From Minisyncoccota bacterium (GTDB lineage Bacteria; Patescibacteriota; Minisyncoccia; Phycocordibacterales; PALSA-1337): a DNA stretch of 64,000 bases. The notes beneath the pieces are model-generated. The model was not told the origin of the DNA and searched no databases. It was given only the letters and a program-made list of their open reading frames with translations. The stretch's first letter is position 1; the number at the start of each line of letters is the position of its first letter. Position numbers and translations under genes: made by a program. Positions 8,178-18,424 of the stretch are shown here, one piece after another. The stretch lies in contig JBAZRG010000001.1 of NCBI GenBank assembly GCA_041663145.1, positions 10,467 through 74,466 on the forward strand. Reading direction: 5' to 3'.

Positions 8178-9515
8178 ATGCAACCACTCACGATCCATTC
8201 ATTTCCACGCGCCATACTTCATGTCGATGGAGACGCTTTTTTCGCATCATGTGAAGTTGCTAAGGATCCGACTCTTCGTGGTAAGCCGGTAGTGACAGGT
8301 CTCGAGCGTGGTATAGCATCATCTATGACTTATGAAGCCAAGATGCGTGGCGTGACTCGAGCCATGAGTTTGCGAGATATTCGGAAAATCTGTCCGGACG
8401 TCATCATTTTGCCTTCAGATTATGAGACATATAGTTTGTATTCAAAACGGATGTACGAAATAGTTCGTCGATTTACTTCTGATATTGAAGAATATAGTAT
8501 CGATGAATGTTTTGCTGATCTGACCGGCATGCGTCGACCAAATAATATGTCCTATGAGGAGATGGCTATGCGAATCAAGCACGATCTAGATACTGAGCTT
8601 GGTATGACATTTTCTGTTGGTTTATCTGTCAACAAAGTGCTCTCCAAAATCGGTTCAAAATGGAAGAAACCATCTGGCCTCACTATAATTCCTGGTTACA
8701 ATATTCATCTATATCTTTCGAAAACTCCTGTAGAAAAGATTTGGGGTATTGGTCCAAATACATCTGCATATCTCAATAAATATGGCATCAAGACAGCTTT
8801 AGATTTTGCAATTAGAGATAAATATTGGGTCAGATCCAATCTATCAAAACCGTTTCAAGAGATTCATTCTGAATTGAATGGCAGTTTCGTATATCCACTT
8901 ACGCTTGGCGAAAAACATGACTATACATCTATAAGCAAAACAAAGACTTTTACTCCACCTTCTAGTGATGCGAAGTTTGTATTTGCTGAACTATCAAAGA
9001 ATATTGAAAATGCTTGCATCAAGCTACGCCGACATGATCTATTTGCAAAGAAATTTGCTTTTTTTATTAAGAATCAAGAATTCCGATATTCAGGTTTGGA
9101 AATCAATCTAAATGTAGGAGTTAGAACACCAGAACAAATACTATCCTTGGCTCGTGAAAGATTTGGGGAGGTTTTCAATAAAGGATTTTTGTATAGATCT
9201 ACAGGAGTTATTTTGATGAACCTTATTCATGATGATGTTTCAACTCTCGATCTCTTTGGTGATTCTGCATTATTAGCAAAGACAAATAAGATCTACGAAG
9301 CAGTCGATCGGATCGATCGAAAATATGGCAAGCATACGATATTTTTAGGTTCATCATTTCGTGCTATCAAAAAACCAATAGCCGAGAGTATGTCTTCGTC
9401 TAAGACGGATTCAAGCAATAGTCGTAATTGTATAACCGAGCGTCGCAACCATCTTCTCAAAGGTGAAACAGCAAGAAAACGTCTTGGAATTCCATTTTTA
9501 GGGATAACAATGTGA
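8178..9515 (+). CDS. dinB: Y-family DNA polymerase (DinB/UmuC-like)
   Basis: ILHVDGDAFFASCE palm motif at the N-terminus; lies immediately downstream of lexA. Confidence 0.8.
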   Translation: MQPLTIHSFPRAILHVDGDAFFASCEVAKDPTLRGKPVVTGLERGIASSMTYEAKMRGVTRAMSLRDIRKICPDVIILPSDYETYSLYSKRMYEIVRRFTSDIEEYSIDECFADLTGMRRPNNMSYEEMAMRIKHDLDTELGMTFSVGLSVNKVLSKIGSKWKKPSGLTIIPGYNIHLYLSKTPVEKIWGIGPNTSAYLNKYGIKTALDFAIRDKYWVRSNLSKPFQEIHSELNGSFVYPLTLGEKHDYTSISKTKTFTPPSSDAKFVFAELSKNIENACIKLRRHDLFAKKFAFFIKNQEFRYSGLEINLNVGVRTPEQILSLARERFGEVFNKGFLYRSTGVILMNLIHDDVSTLDLFGDSALLAKTNKIYEAVDRIDRKYGKHTIFLGSSFRAIKKPIAESMSSSKTDSSNSRNCITERRNHLLKGETARKRLGIPFLGITM

Positions 9516-9667
9516 TGTTGAGATCGTTGAGGTTAGTGGTGGTGAGAATAAGAAATGATGAAATCATTATATTTAACGATAATTTATCTCGATTTGAAAT
9601 CAATTTTATTCAGATTTTACTCTCGGAGATTACAGTATATCTGTTATAAGAAAAATAATAATATCAT

Positions 9668-9910
9668 ATGTCATTAGAGCAAAAAGATATTGAGGTTATC
9701 GAGAGAGTGATATATAAAAATGGTGATGATGTCGCTGTTTCTATATCGCGAAGTTTTGAAAGATTGGAGGAACGGGTCGATGCGGTCGAGTCTAGACTAT
9801 ATTCGAGACTGGCTGATATCGAAGATCATATCGAGTCCAGTCGTCAGGATAATTCCGACAATGTCGGCGATATTCGCGAGGAGATCAGGGAACTTATGCG
9901 TCAGGAGTAG
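9668..9910 (+). CDS. hypothetical small acidic coiled-coil protein
   Basis: 80-aa ORF, highly charged, no recognisable family. Confidence 0.3.
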   Translation: MSLEQKDIEVIERVIYKNGDDVAVSISRSFERLEERVDAVESRLYSRLADIEDHIESSRQDNSDNVGDIREEIRELMRQE

Positions 9911-9927
9911 CGGACCTCAGGAATCCC

Positions 9928-11286
9928 CTAATCAGCCTGTCGGATAACAATACCGTTCGGTGTGTCATCGATGACGAAGCCACGATTTCCTATTTCTTGT
10001 CGCAAGGCATCCGCCTTTTGCCAATCTTTTTCTGATCGAGCTAGTTCTCGCGCTTCAGCCAATGCTTGGATCTCAGCCGGTATTTCTACGCTGGCAACCT
10101 TTGGCGATGAATCGAGTCGAAGGCCAAGGACTAGATCGAAGTCGAGCAAGGTGGAGCGCTTGTCCGCGTCTATCACCACGGGATCTTTCAGAAGCTCCCA
10201 TGAAAGAGCTATAGCTTTTGGCATATTGAGATCGTCGTTTACGCATTCATTGAATCGTTCTTTGTATGACATATTTACCACGCCTCCGTTAGGAAGAGTT
10301 CCGAATATACCGATCATCCTTATGAGAGCTGTCTGAGCGGCTTTGATCGCTTCCCAAGTAAAATTCACCGGTGATCGATAGTGGGCGGTCAGTGACCAAT
10401 AACGATAGGCTAGGGGAGAAACAGATTGTTCGAGTAGATCTTCGAGCTTCAGGAAATTTCTTTTTGATTTGGCCATTTTTTCGCCGTCGACTGTGATGAA
10501 AGCGCCGTGCATCCAATATCTGACGAATTGTTTTCCGGTGACTGATTCGGACTGGGCGATCTCGTTTGTATGATGCGGGAATAATAGATCGACTCCGCCG
10601 GTATGAATATCGATCGTCTCTCCGAGCACTTTCATGGACATTGCCGAACATTCTATATGCCAACCGGGACGTCCTTCGCCAAAGGGAGTCTGCCAAGATA
10701 CAGGTCCATCATCCGGAGTTTTGAATTTCCACAATGCAAAATCTCGTGGATTTTCTTTATCATATTCGTCGTTGGCGATGCGTTCTTGGGATTGATCGGA
10801 TTTTGACAGATCCAGATGTGCCAAAGCTCCATAATTAGGGACTTTATCGATGCTCAAATATATGCCGTCACTGGTTTTATATGCCACACCTTTTTCTAGA
10901 AGAATACCGATGATCCGTATCATCTCGTCCACATACTCTGTTGCTCGGAGGATATGTTCAGGCCTTTTTATATTGAGAGCATCGAGACCGTCGAGAAACA
11001 TTTTTTCGTATTTCGAAGTCAGGGTTTTTAGATCCACTGCTTCCTCCCGACTTCTCTTTATGGTCTTATCATCCACATCTGTGATATTCATTGCTTGGGC
11101 TATTTTGTAACCATTGTATTCAAACAGACGTCTGACAAGATCATAAAATATAAACGTGCGATAGTTGCCGATATGCGGTGTATCGTAGACTGTCGGTCCG
11201 CAATGATACATCGACACAACACCTTTCTTTAAGGGTTCGAAAGTCTCGATTTTGCGCGATGATGTGTTGTAGATTTTTATTTCCAT
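9928..11286 (-). CDS. cysS: cysteine--tRNA ligase
   Basis: CGPTVYDTPHIGN (HIGH) and KMAKSKRN (KMSKS) motifs; 452 aa. Confidence 0.9.
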   Translation of the reverse strand: MEIKIYNTSSRKIETFEPLKKGVVSMYHCGPTVYDTPHIGNYRTFIFYDLVRRLFEYNGYKIAQAMNITDVDDKTIKRSREEAVDLKTLTSKYEKMFLDGLDALNIKRPEHILRATEYVDEMIRIIGILLEKGVAYKTSDGIYLSIDKVPNYGALAHLDLSKSDQSQERIANDEYDKENPRDFALWKFKTPDDGPVSWQTPFGEGRPGWHIECSAMSMKVLGETIDIHTGGVDLLFPHHTNEIAQSESVTGKQFVRYWMHGAFITVDGEKMAKSKRNFLKLEDLLEQSVSPLAYRYWSLTAHYRSPVNFTWEAIKAAQTALIRMIGIFGTLPNGGVVNMSYKERFNECVNDDLNMPKAIALSWELLKDPVVIDADKRSTLLDFDLVLGLRLDSSPKVASVEIPAEIQALAEARELARSEKDWQKADALRQEIGNRGFVIDDTPNGIVIRQAD

Positions 11287-11357
11287 ATAATTTTTACGGG
11301 CTTGAGGTTTTGAAGATCAGTATTTATTGTCGCTTGGTATATATCTTTAGTATTTAT

Positions 11358-12281
11358 CTAGAGCCACTTCCTTTTCTTGAAATATGCCCATAGCACAACG
11401 GTCAAGACGATCATGCCAGCAAGTATTATGAACCAACCGTAAGATGTTCCGATGAGAGGTACGTTTAGTGCTGGGATAGTGAGGAGCGAAGCTATGAATG
11501 TTAATGGATAAAAGATGAAAGCGACCAGAGTCAAGACTTTGATGATTTCATTTTGTCTGGTGGAAAGCAGGGAATCGTTCGTCTCACGCAGATCAGCGAG
11601 CAATTCACGAGAATTTACTATGTGATCATGAATAACGTTAAATTCGTCTCGAATATCTCGAATGTAAGTTTCAAAATCATTGCCGAAAAAGTTTTGATTC
11701 TGACTCTTTACCAATTCTTCCCAGATATCATGATGTGTTCGGACAGTCTGCTTGATGTCGATCAGTTCACGTGATATATCAGAAAGGACTTCGACCATCT
11801 TTCTCTCTTCTCCTTTGAAGATGGCATTTTCGGCTGATAGCAGTGAATCTTTTATATTTTCCAGATCTTCGATGAGTCCAGCATAGAGGCGCTTTACCAT
11901 ATAGTAAAAGAGATAGCCGGCATGTTCGATCTTTTCTTCTTTATTCAATATGGAATTTGTCTCAAATATTTTGCCGAAATATTCCAATTGCTCGATAGTG
12001 TCGGTTCGAGATGTGATGAGAAAAGTTTTTCCGATCACGAAATCAATTTCACGATTGACGATCTCATGATTGCCGTTTTTGCGCAGTCGAACTGGCAATG
12101 TCAGAACAACCATGATGTATTCTTGATAAAAATCGATCTTGGCTATGGACGATGAAGTCTTTAGTTCTTCACCGACTAATGGATGCAAATCGTAGCGCTT
12201 TATGAGTCCGGAAATCTCATCATCATTTGGTGACTCTAGATCTATCCAGACCACTCCTCGATATGTATGTGTTGATGTCAT
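11358..12281 (-). CDS. corA: CorA-like magnesium/cobalt transporter (divergent GMN motif)
   Basis: Cytoplasmic domain plus two C-terminal TM helices. FYPLTFIASLL aligns with the CorA YGMNF region, but GMN is not conserved. Confidence 0.55.
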   Translation of the reverse strand: MTSTHTYRGVVWIDLESPNDDEISGLIKRYDLHPLVGEELKTSSSIAKIDFYQEYIMVVLTLPVRLRKNGNHEIVNREIDFVIGKTFLITSRTDTIEQLEYFGKIFETNSILNKEEKIEHAGYLFYYMVKRLYAGLIEDLENIKDSLLSAENAIFKGEERKMVEVLSDISRELIDIKQTVRTHHDIWEELVKSQNQNFFGNDFETYIRDIRDEFNVIHDHIVNSRELLADLRETNDSLLSTRQNEIIKVLTLVAFIFYPLTFIASLLTIPALNVPLIGTSYGWFIILAGMIVLTVVLWAYFKKRKWL

Positions 12282-12295
12282 GATGGCATTATACT

Positions 12296-13699
12296 TTAAA
12301 AAATGTAACCGTATAGGACTATAACGGTGAATACTATATAAAATATCGAAGCCAAGATCATAAAGATATTGGTGATAATTCCCGGACGAAGCGGTTCTGG
12401 CAGGCGAAAATTATTTATATAAAAGAGAACTGGAGTATAAACGGCCATAGTGAGACCGCCTAATACCGCGCTAATCGTGAGCAATACCAGAGGTTGTTCT
12501 ATGGTTAATAGAAATGAACTCAAAATCACAACAACTATTACCAATGAATAATACAATTTATTTAATGGTACATCTTTGATCCATGTGAGACGAGCTTTGA
12601 ATGGTCCTGTATGTGAATTGACATAGAGAATATCCGAAGTGATCCTTGAAAAAGCGTCGATAACGGTCCACATGACTGAAAAGAGCATGAGGAATGCCAT
12701 TATGAGGAACACATTGAAACCTATCGGTCCCCAGTTTTCACCAAATATATGCGCCTGGACGACAGCCACATCTAGTCCTTCAGGAATCAATCCTTGCGGT
12801 GTGAGTATGGCGTAGGCATTGACACTCAACAATAATAGCGTGATGAGTCCAAGCAACCAAAATATCAATCCTTGATCGATCCTGATGAAGCGCATCCATT
12901 TTTTCCAGCGTCGCAAATGTTCCGGATGAGCTTCGAAACGATATCCTTCGTAGGAGACCGCTTCGGATTTTCCGGTGATGGGGTTTAGGATACGACCGAC
13001 GTGACGACCCATGCCTATTTGTTTGTCGCGATACCATAGTGACACGCATAGGTTCAAAAGTCCGCCAGCTCCAGCAAAAACGATTGCGGCCAAGAGTACT
13101 GGTAGATCCACTCCGCTCGGTATGAAGCCAAAGTTTGTGATGCCTAGGAGCGCACCTTTTATGTCTTCCAAAGATAGAGACATGATGCTAGATATTACAA
13201 GCAGAACAAAGAAAGTTGGCACTATTATTTTCAATGACCCTTCGAGTATGGCATATGCTCTCTTTCCGAGCATAGTCAAAGTAAGCACCAAAAGGAGACT
13301 AACCACTGCCCAGAGAATGTAGCTTCCAAAACCGACAAGTTCACGGACTGTCGTGCCAATAGCTGCAGCCCAGCCGGGCCAGATGTAAAGTAATACAGCT
13401 GAGAACAACCAAAAGGGCGCGAACCATTTGAATACTCTGGAAGATGAAGTAAAGAAACTTTCGCCGCTAGCTAGAGCATGTCTGGCTACTTCTTGATTTA
13501 TGAAATATTGGAATGTAATACCGACTATGGCTGCCCAAAGTATGCCGAGACCGTGTTTGGTGACTAGGTGTGGCCACATGATGAGTTCTCCTGTGCCTAT
13601 AGCCAAACCCATGACTACAATACCAACTCCCAGCATCTTCGACCAATGTGGCGGATCGGGCAGTTCACGCGTCTGTTTTTCGCCATAATGGTCGATCAT
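12296..13699 (-). CDS. Nramp-related divalent metal transporter family protein
   Basis: About 11 TM helices. QEVARHALASGE resembles Nramp QELSARLGxVTG. The DPGN motif is replaced by GTGELIM, similar to Nramp-related Mg transporters. Confidence 0.45.
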   Translation of the reverse strand: MIDHYGEKQTRELPDPPHWSKMLGVGIVVMGLAIGTGELIMWPHLVTKHGLGILWAAIVGITFQYFINQEVARHALASGESFFTSSSRVFKWFAPFWLFSAVLLYIWPGWAAAIGTTVRELVGFGSYILWAVVSLLLVLTLTMLGKRAYAILEGSLKIIVPTFFVLLVISSIMSLSLEDIKGALLGITNFGFIPSGVDLPVLLAAIVFAGAGGLLNLCVSLWYRDKQIGMGRHVGRILNPITGKSEAVSYEGYRFEAHPEHLRRWKKWMRFIRIDQGLIFWLLGLITLLLLSVNAYAILTPQGLIPEGLDVAVVQAHIFGENWGPIGFNVFLIMAFLMLFSVMWTVIDAFSRITSDILYVNSHTGPFKARLTWIKDVPLNKLYYSLVIVVVILSSFLLTIEQPLVLLTISAVLGGLTMAVYTPVLFYINNFRLPEPLRPGIITNIFMILASIFYIVFTVIVLYGYIF

Positions 13700-13725
13700 G
13701 AAATAATTATATCAGAAAAAATCAT

Positions 13726-13760
13726 ATAAAAAACCCACGTGATTTTGTTTCCACGTGGGT
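13726..13760 (-). terminator. intrinsic terminator after secreted-protein gene
   Basis: ACCCACGTG-loop-CACGTGGGT preceded on the + strand by an A-run. Confidence 0.45.
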
Positions 13761-13806
13761 GTGAGAGTCTGATCGATTTGAATCGATGTGCGCGATTTTT
13801 TGTGTG

Positions 13807-14532
13807 CTATGCCAACTGTTTGGTCTTCCTCGAAAGGTAGACCAGACCGAGCATGCTTCCGGCTAACAACGTGCCGGTTGTGGTGTGATCTGGGACTCTG
13901 CCGTCCCCGACCTGCACGGTCATACCGACGCTCGCCAGCCTAGTAGCATCTGGTCCGGCACCGAACGGTACCGCGAAGAGTTCAAAGCCGTATGTCCCAG
14001 GGACCGATGGATCGAGGCCGTAAAGGGACTGTGGGAAAAAGGTGATGTTCTGTGAGTTTTGCATCACCGTGTCGAACACGTGCAACAGGAATGATCCTTC
14101 GATTCCGCCGCCGTTGGGTGTGGCTGCTGTACCATAGCTATTGTCGCCGTATGCTGCTACCAGAAACGTGAGTGGGTTATAAGCCACTCCACCGTCGGTA
14201 TCGACGGATATATAGTATGTTGCCGAGCCAAGACCGCTGGGGTTTGAGACCGACATGTCATAATTCCACTTGGCTTGGGAGCCGTGTGGAGCCGGCGCAA
14301 ATCCTGGCGTGGTAGTGTAAGTACCGTTGCCGTCATTGGCGAGGACGCCGCCGACGTATGCATACCGTGCCCTCAGTCCAAGCTGAATCCCATTCTGACT
14401 GGTGGCGGCTGTCCAGCCGTCGTCTTGAATGCCGGTTCCGGCGATCATGGTTATATCGATAGTGTTAGCGCTGACTGCCGTGGTCTGAATTAACAGACCA
14501 AGAGCGACTACCGCGAGTACTTTGTATTTCAT
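13807..14532 (-). CDS. secreted protein with signal peptide and PEP-CTERM-like C-terminal sorting signal
   Basis: N-terminal signal peptide MKYKVLAVVALGLLIQTTAVSA. C-terminus VPDH-TTTGT-LLAGSMLGLVYL-SRKTK has a VPxx / Gly-Leu-rich helix / basic-tail architecture. Confidence 0.5.
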   Translation of the reverse strand: MKYKVLAVVALGLLIQTTAVSANTIDITMIAGTGIQDDGWTAATSQNGIQLGLRARYAYVGGVLANDGNGTYTTTPGFAPAPHGSQAKWNYDMSVSNPSGLGSATYYISVDTDGGVAYNPLTFLVAAYGDNSYGTAATPNGGGIEGSFLLHVFDTVMQNSQNITFFPQSLYGLDPSVPGTYGFELFAVPFGAGPDATRLASVGMTVQVGDGRVPDHTTTGTLLAGSMLGLVYLSRKTKQLA

Positions 14533-14659
14533 AGGACTAACCGATTTTTGTTGTTATTTTGTTGTGTTATGCTGGTTTTAGGTCCGTGTGTATTTAAGCA
14601 TATATTAAGAAAAAAGTATAGGGGGTGCAAAATATTATGATACGATATGATTCATAATC

Positions 14660-16135
14660 ATGGAAAACCAGCTTATTTCATGTACCCATATAGGATTTTC
14701 TTTTGGCGAACATAAAATACTTCGCGATGTCTCTTTTTCCATGCAAAGAGGGGAAGTCGTCGCCTTGGTTGGTCCAAACGGTGTGGGAAAATCTACCCTA
14801 CTAAAGATTATTGCTGGAAAGATCAATCAGAGCAAAGGGGCGATCACCCTCTCAAAAAACATAAGAGTCGCATATCAAGAGCAAGAAATGACTGATGAAG
14901 AAAGAAAATTGACTGTTTCGGATTGTCTATCAAAAACTGCCATTAAAGATTTTAGTAAATTGAATCTTGCTCCAGAGATTATGATAAAGAAAATCGGTGA
15001 TCTGAGCGGTGGAGAGAAAAGCAAGATCAATCTTCTTAAACTTTTGGGTGCGCCATTTGATCTCTATATTCTCGACGAGCCGACAAACAACCTAGATTCG
15101 TCGGCATTGGAATTTTTGGAAGGTTTTATAAGAAAACGTAAAAAAGATTCAGCTTTTATCATCGTTTCCCACGATCGTCAGTTGTTGGAGAATATGGCTG
15201 ATAAGATCGTAGAGATTGATGCTAATAGCCGAAAGGGTTCCATATATCCCGGTCCATTTTCGTTATACATGTCTCTGCGAAAACAAAAGATCGAAAACGA
15301 ATGGAAAAGATACAACGATTATCTCGAAGAGAAAAGACAGTTAGAGCGATCACTCCGAGACAAGAAGCAATGGTCCGCTCGCGCAGAAAAGGGACCCAAA
15401 AAAACAGACAATGAAAAGGTGGCTCGTGGAAACCAGAAAGACTGGTCAGGAAAAACACTTGGAAAGGCTGTAAAATTGGCTCGAGAGAAAATCGATATGC
15501 TTGAAAGGGTTGATAAGCCAAAAGAAATGCCGATCATAACTTACGATATACCGGTCAGAGAAAGAAGCGGAGATATGGTGTTCGAGATCAGGGGAATCAC
15601 AAAGACAATTGGTACCAAGAATATCGGACCAATAGATCTGAACATATCGTTTGGAGACAAGGTGGCAATCATAGGAGACAATGGTGCAGGAAAGACAACT
15701 CTTTTGAAAATGATTATCGGCGATGTGACATACGATAAAGGTGAGATCAAAAAAGGTGCGCGAGTTGATATTGGATATATACCGCAAGAATCAGAACTCG
15801 GAGATGATACCGTTATACGGCGCATCAAAGAATCTCATAGCCAAGATGAGACTGGGTTCAGGGCAATTCTGAACAATCTCGGCATCACAAAGGAAGAAAT
15901 CAAAAAGAGCGGGAACGAATTGTCTCCAGGAGAAAGATCTAGGTTTATCTTAGCCTCGATCATCGCTCAACAGCCGAACTGTCTCATAATGGACGAACCG
16001 ACAAATCATCTGGACATTTACGCGCTAGACTTTCTCGAAGAAGCCATCAATCATTTTGAGGGAACAGTGATAGTTGTCACACACGACAGATATTTTTTGA
16101 ATAGAATGGGGGAACATAAGACATATATGATGTAG
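14660..16135 (+). CDS. ABC-F family ATPase (two ABC domains, no TM)
   Basis: GPNGVGKST and GDNGAGKTT Walker A motifs; LSGGEKSK and LSPGERSR signatures; ~100-aa charged interdomain linker. Confidence 0.8.
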   Translation: MENQLISCTHIGFSFGEHKILRDVSFSMQRGEVVALVGPNGVGKSTLLKIIAGKINQSKGAITLSKNIRVAYQEQEMTDEERKLTVSDCLSKTAIKDFSKLNLAPEIMIKKIGDLSGGEKSKINLLKLLGAPFDLYILDEPTNNLDSSALEFLEGFIRKRKKDSAFIIVSHDRQLLENMADKIVEIDANSRKGSIYPGPFSLYMSLRKQKIENEWKRYNDYLEEKRQLERSLRDKKQWSARAEKGPKKTDNEKVARGNQKDWSGKTLGKAVKLAREKIDMLERVDKPKEMPIITYDIPVRERSGDMVFEIRGITKTIGTKNIGPIDLNISFGDKVAIIGDNGAGKTTLLKMIIGDVTYDKGEIKKGARVDIGYIPQESELGDDTVIRRIKESHSQDETGFRAILNNLGITKEEIKKSGNELSPGERSRFILASIIAQQPNCLIMDEPTNHLDIYALDFLEEAINHFEGTVIVVTHDRYFLNRMGEHKTYMM

Positions 16136-16161
16136 GGTCTATTAACAAAATACTATAATAA

Positions 16162-16818
16162 ATGCAATTCATCATGCCTCTAAAAATCGAATCATTTGAA
16201 GACGAATTCATCGATAAGATTTGTAAAGAATCAATTGACGATCTCAATAAATTTTATGAAATCGGTTGGGTCCACCATCTGCCTGTTACTATTGTAGTCA
16301 AAGATCGAAAATCAATCGATTTATTGAAAGGAGAAAAAACTGAATCGTGGGTTGTCGGGTGGTCAGAAGGGAACAAAGTATTTATCCTCGATCGTAATAA
16401 TTTCAACGCTGAAAGCGACCATAAATATTCACCTGAGACATATTATTCATTATTGAAGCATGAGATAAGTCATGCTTTTTATCGAATTCTTTCTGGTGGT
16501 AACATGAAGCCTGTTTGGCTTTGTGAAGGTGTTGCGATATATACTTCTGGACAAAATAAGCAAAAGCGTCCAGTGGAGAGTTTCAACGAATTTCTCAGTT
16601 TTCATGAAAAAGGTGACAAGGGCGTATATGCCGAATCTGGATTTGCAGTGCATTTACTAGTCAAAGAATTTGGCAAACAGAAGCTATTGGATCTTATAAA
16701 GGGATTAATATCGATCGCCTCACAAAAAGACTTTACTGAGTTATTTATTCAAATCTACGGTATTGAACCGACATATGAGAAGTTTAATGAGCTTTTAAAG
16801 AAACATCCAGTGGAATGA
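16162..16818 (+). CDS. hypothetical protein with HExxH...E gluzincin-like motif
   Basis: LLKHEISHAFYRIL followed by WLCEGVAIY; no signal peptide obvious. Confidence 0.45.
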   Translation: MQFIMPLKIESFEDEFIDKICKESIDDLNKFYEIGWVHHLPVTIVVKDRKSIDLLKGEKTESWVVGWSEGNKVFILDRNNFNAESDHKYSPETYYSLLKHEISHAFYRILSGGNMKPVWLCEGVAIYTSGQNKQKRPVESFNEFLSFHEKGDKGVYAESGFAVHLLVKEFGKQKLLDLIKGLISIASQKDFTELFIQIYGIEPTYEKFNELLKKHPVE

Positions 16819-16916
16819 ATATTACAGAATACAGACAGTTCTTGCTCGAAGGTCACAAGAGTTGAGAATTGGGTAGAAGTAGTCGAAAAGATTAAATAAT
16901 CAATACATCACTCACG

Positions 16917-16948
16917 GGGCTGGACTTCAATGTTCAGCCCTGCTTTTT
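16917..16948 (+). terminator. intrinsic terminator
   Basis: GGGCTGGAC-loop-GTTCAGCCC followed by TGCTTTTT. Confidence 0.5.
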
Positions 16949-17863
16949 ATTCCACAAATCGGTAGTCTCCGAAAGATTACTTTCAGGATCTTCAGATTTT
17001 GCATCCCAATAAAGTGCATGTACAAAAAACATGGCTCTTACAAATTCATACTTTCTCTGAAAAATTTTCTTGTCTTTAATGATGTCAGATTGTTCTATAT
17101 TTTCAACCAACATGTTCATGTATTCTGCTTCGTACGTCTCATCTACACCTTGCTCGTGATACGCTTGTGCACATTCCTGATAATAGAAGAGACGGCAGAG
17201 ATCATAGTCAGGATCTCCATATAGAGCTAATTCCCAATCAAGAACTCCAGTCAACTTTTCATTGTCAGTCAACATATTGTGAATAATAAGGTCGCCATGT
17301 ATCAAAGAACTTTGTGATATATCAAAAAGTGGCTTGATTTCTTCGCCTTTTGCCAGTAGTAATCTTATATCCTCCAACACATGTAAAATCTTTTCAAACT
17401 TCTGAATTTCGATCAACTTCTGCTCGACTCCATCCATTAGATAATCCATAAAATGACTATATGTTTTTCCGGTTCGGACAGAATATATCGAAGCACTATG
17501 GTTGGTTCGCAGATATTGGATGAATGCAACCACATCGCTCACCACTTGTTCCTTTTGTCTCCTAGCCATCGATCTCCATACACTATCGATCGTTTGCCCA
17601 GAAATCCTTTTTTCTATCATGGCCGCAGGAAACGAAACTGTATCCATCCACACGACTTTTGGTATCAACACATGATCGAGCCCGCGAAGAAATTCTCCTT
17701 CTCTCTTCAATAATCCATGTTCATCGTCTCTAAAACGTGCGACGTAATTCGCCGAAGCATATACATCATAATGGGTACCACTCGATACAGTACTGAACTG
17801 CTCTTCCAAAATCAGTGGAAAATACTTCTTAATCTTTTCAATTTCTGTAAGGTGGTTTTTCAT
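16934..17863 (-). CDS. phosphotransferase enzyme family protein (APH/Mph-like kinase)
   Basis: Brenner motif IHGDLIIHNML; LDWELALYGDPDYD activation-loop motif. Confidence 0.7.
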   Translation of the reverse strand: MKNHLTEIEKIKKYFPLILEEQFSTVSSGTHYDVYASANYVARFRDDEHGLLKREGEFLRGLDHVLIPKVVWMDTVSFPAAMIEKRISGQTIDSVWRSMARRQKEQVVSDVVAFIQYLRTNHSASIYSVRTGKTYSHFMDYLMDGVEQKLIEIQKFEKILHVLEDIRLLLAKGEEIKPLFDISQSSLIHGDLIIHNMLTDNEKLTGVLDWELALYGDPDYDLCRLFYYQECAQAYHEQGVDETYEAEYMNMLVENIEQSDIIKDKKIFQRKYEFVRAMFFVHALYWDAKSEDPESNLSETTDLWNKKQG

Positions 17864-18080
17864 ATTGATAAAGAGGTTCTATTTATTTTTTTATCATAAT
17901 TCTTCATACGCACGTAAACAATCTTTATGACCGTATGTATGATAAGTCCTATTTGCATGAGATCATAATATCCTAACGAGACGTACCTGTACATGCGCTT
18001 GACTATTGATATTCAAGAGTGCTATGATATGCACACGAGGGATTAGTCGAATTTCTTCAATTACAATATATTCAATCATC

Positions 18081-18278
18081 ATGACAGGAACAATCAAGAC
18101 TCTGACGGAGAAAGGATTTGGTTTCATTGCTCGCGAAGGCGAGACAAAGGACCTTTTCTTCCACTCCAATGATCTTTCAGGCGTTTCATTCAATGAACTC
18201 AAAGTTGGCGATACAGTCAATTTCGAGATCGTCGATGGCCAGAAAGGACCAAGCGCAAAGAATGTAACCCGAGTATAA
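18081..18278 (+). CDS. cspA: cold-shock protein
   Basis: MTGTIKTLTEKGFGFIAREGE...DLFFH RNP1/RNP2 motifs; start taken at the internal ATG. Confidence 0.85.
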   Translation: MTGTIKTLTEKGFGFIAREGETKDLFFHSNDLSGVSFNELKVGDTVNFEIVDGQKGPSAKNVTRV

Positions 18279-18299
18279 GGTTCATTTGAGCGACAACAA

Positions 18300-18332
18300 A
18301 AGCCCATCTCGAAAGGGATGGGCTTTTGTTAT
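18300..18332 (+). terminator. Rho-independent terminator after cspA
   Basis: AAGCCCATC-loop-GATGGGCTTTTGTT. Confidence 0.6.
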
Positions 18333-18424
18333 GCCACACATATTTGACGTGGTACATATTGACTGAAAGAGATGTTTGTGTGTATAATAAACCAGTAAAT
18401 TTGATTTTTAATCATACAAAACTG

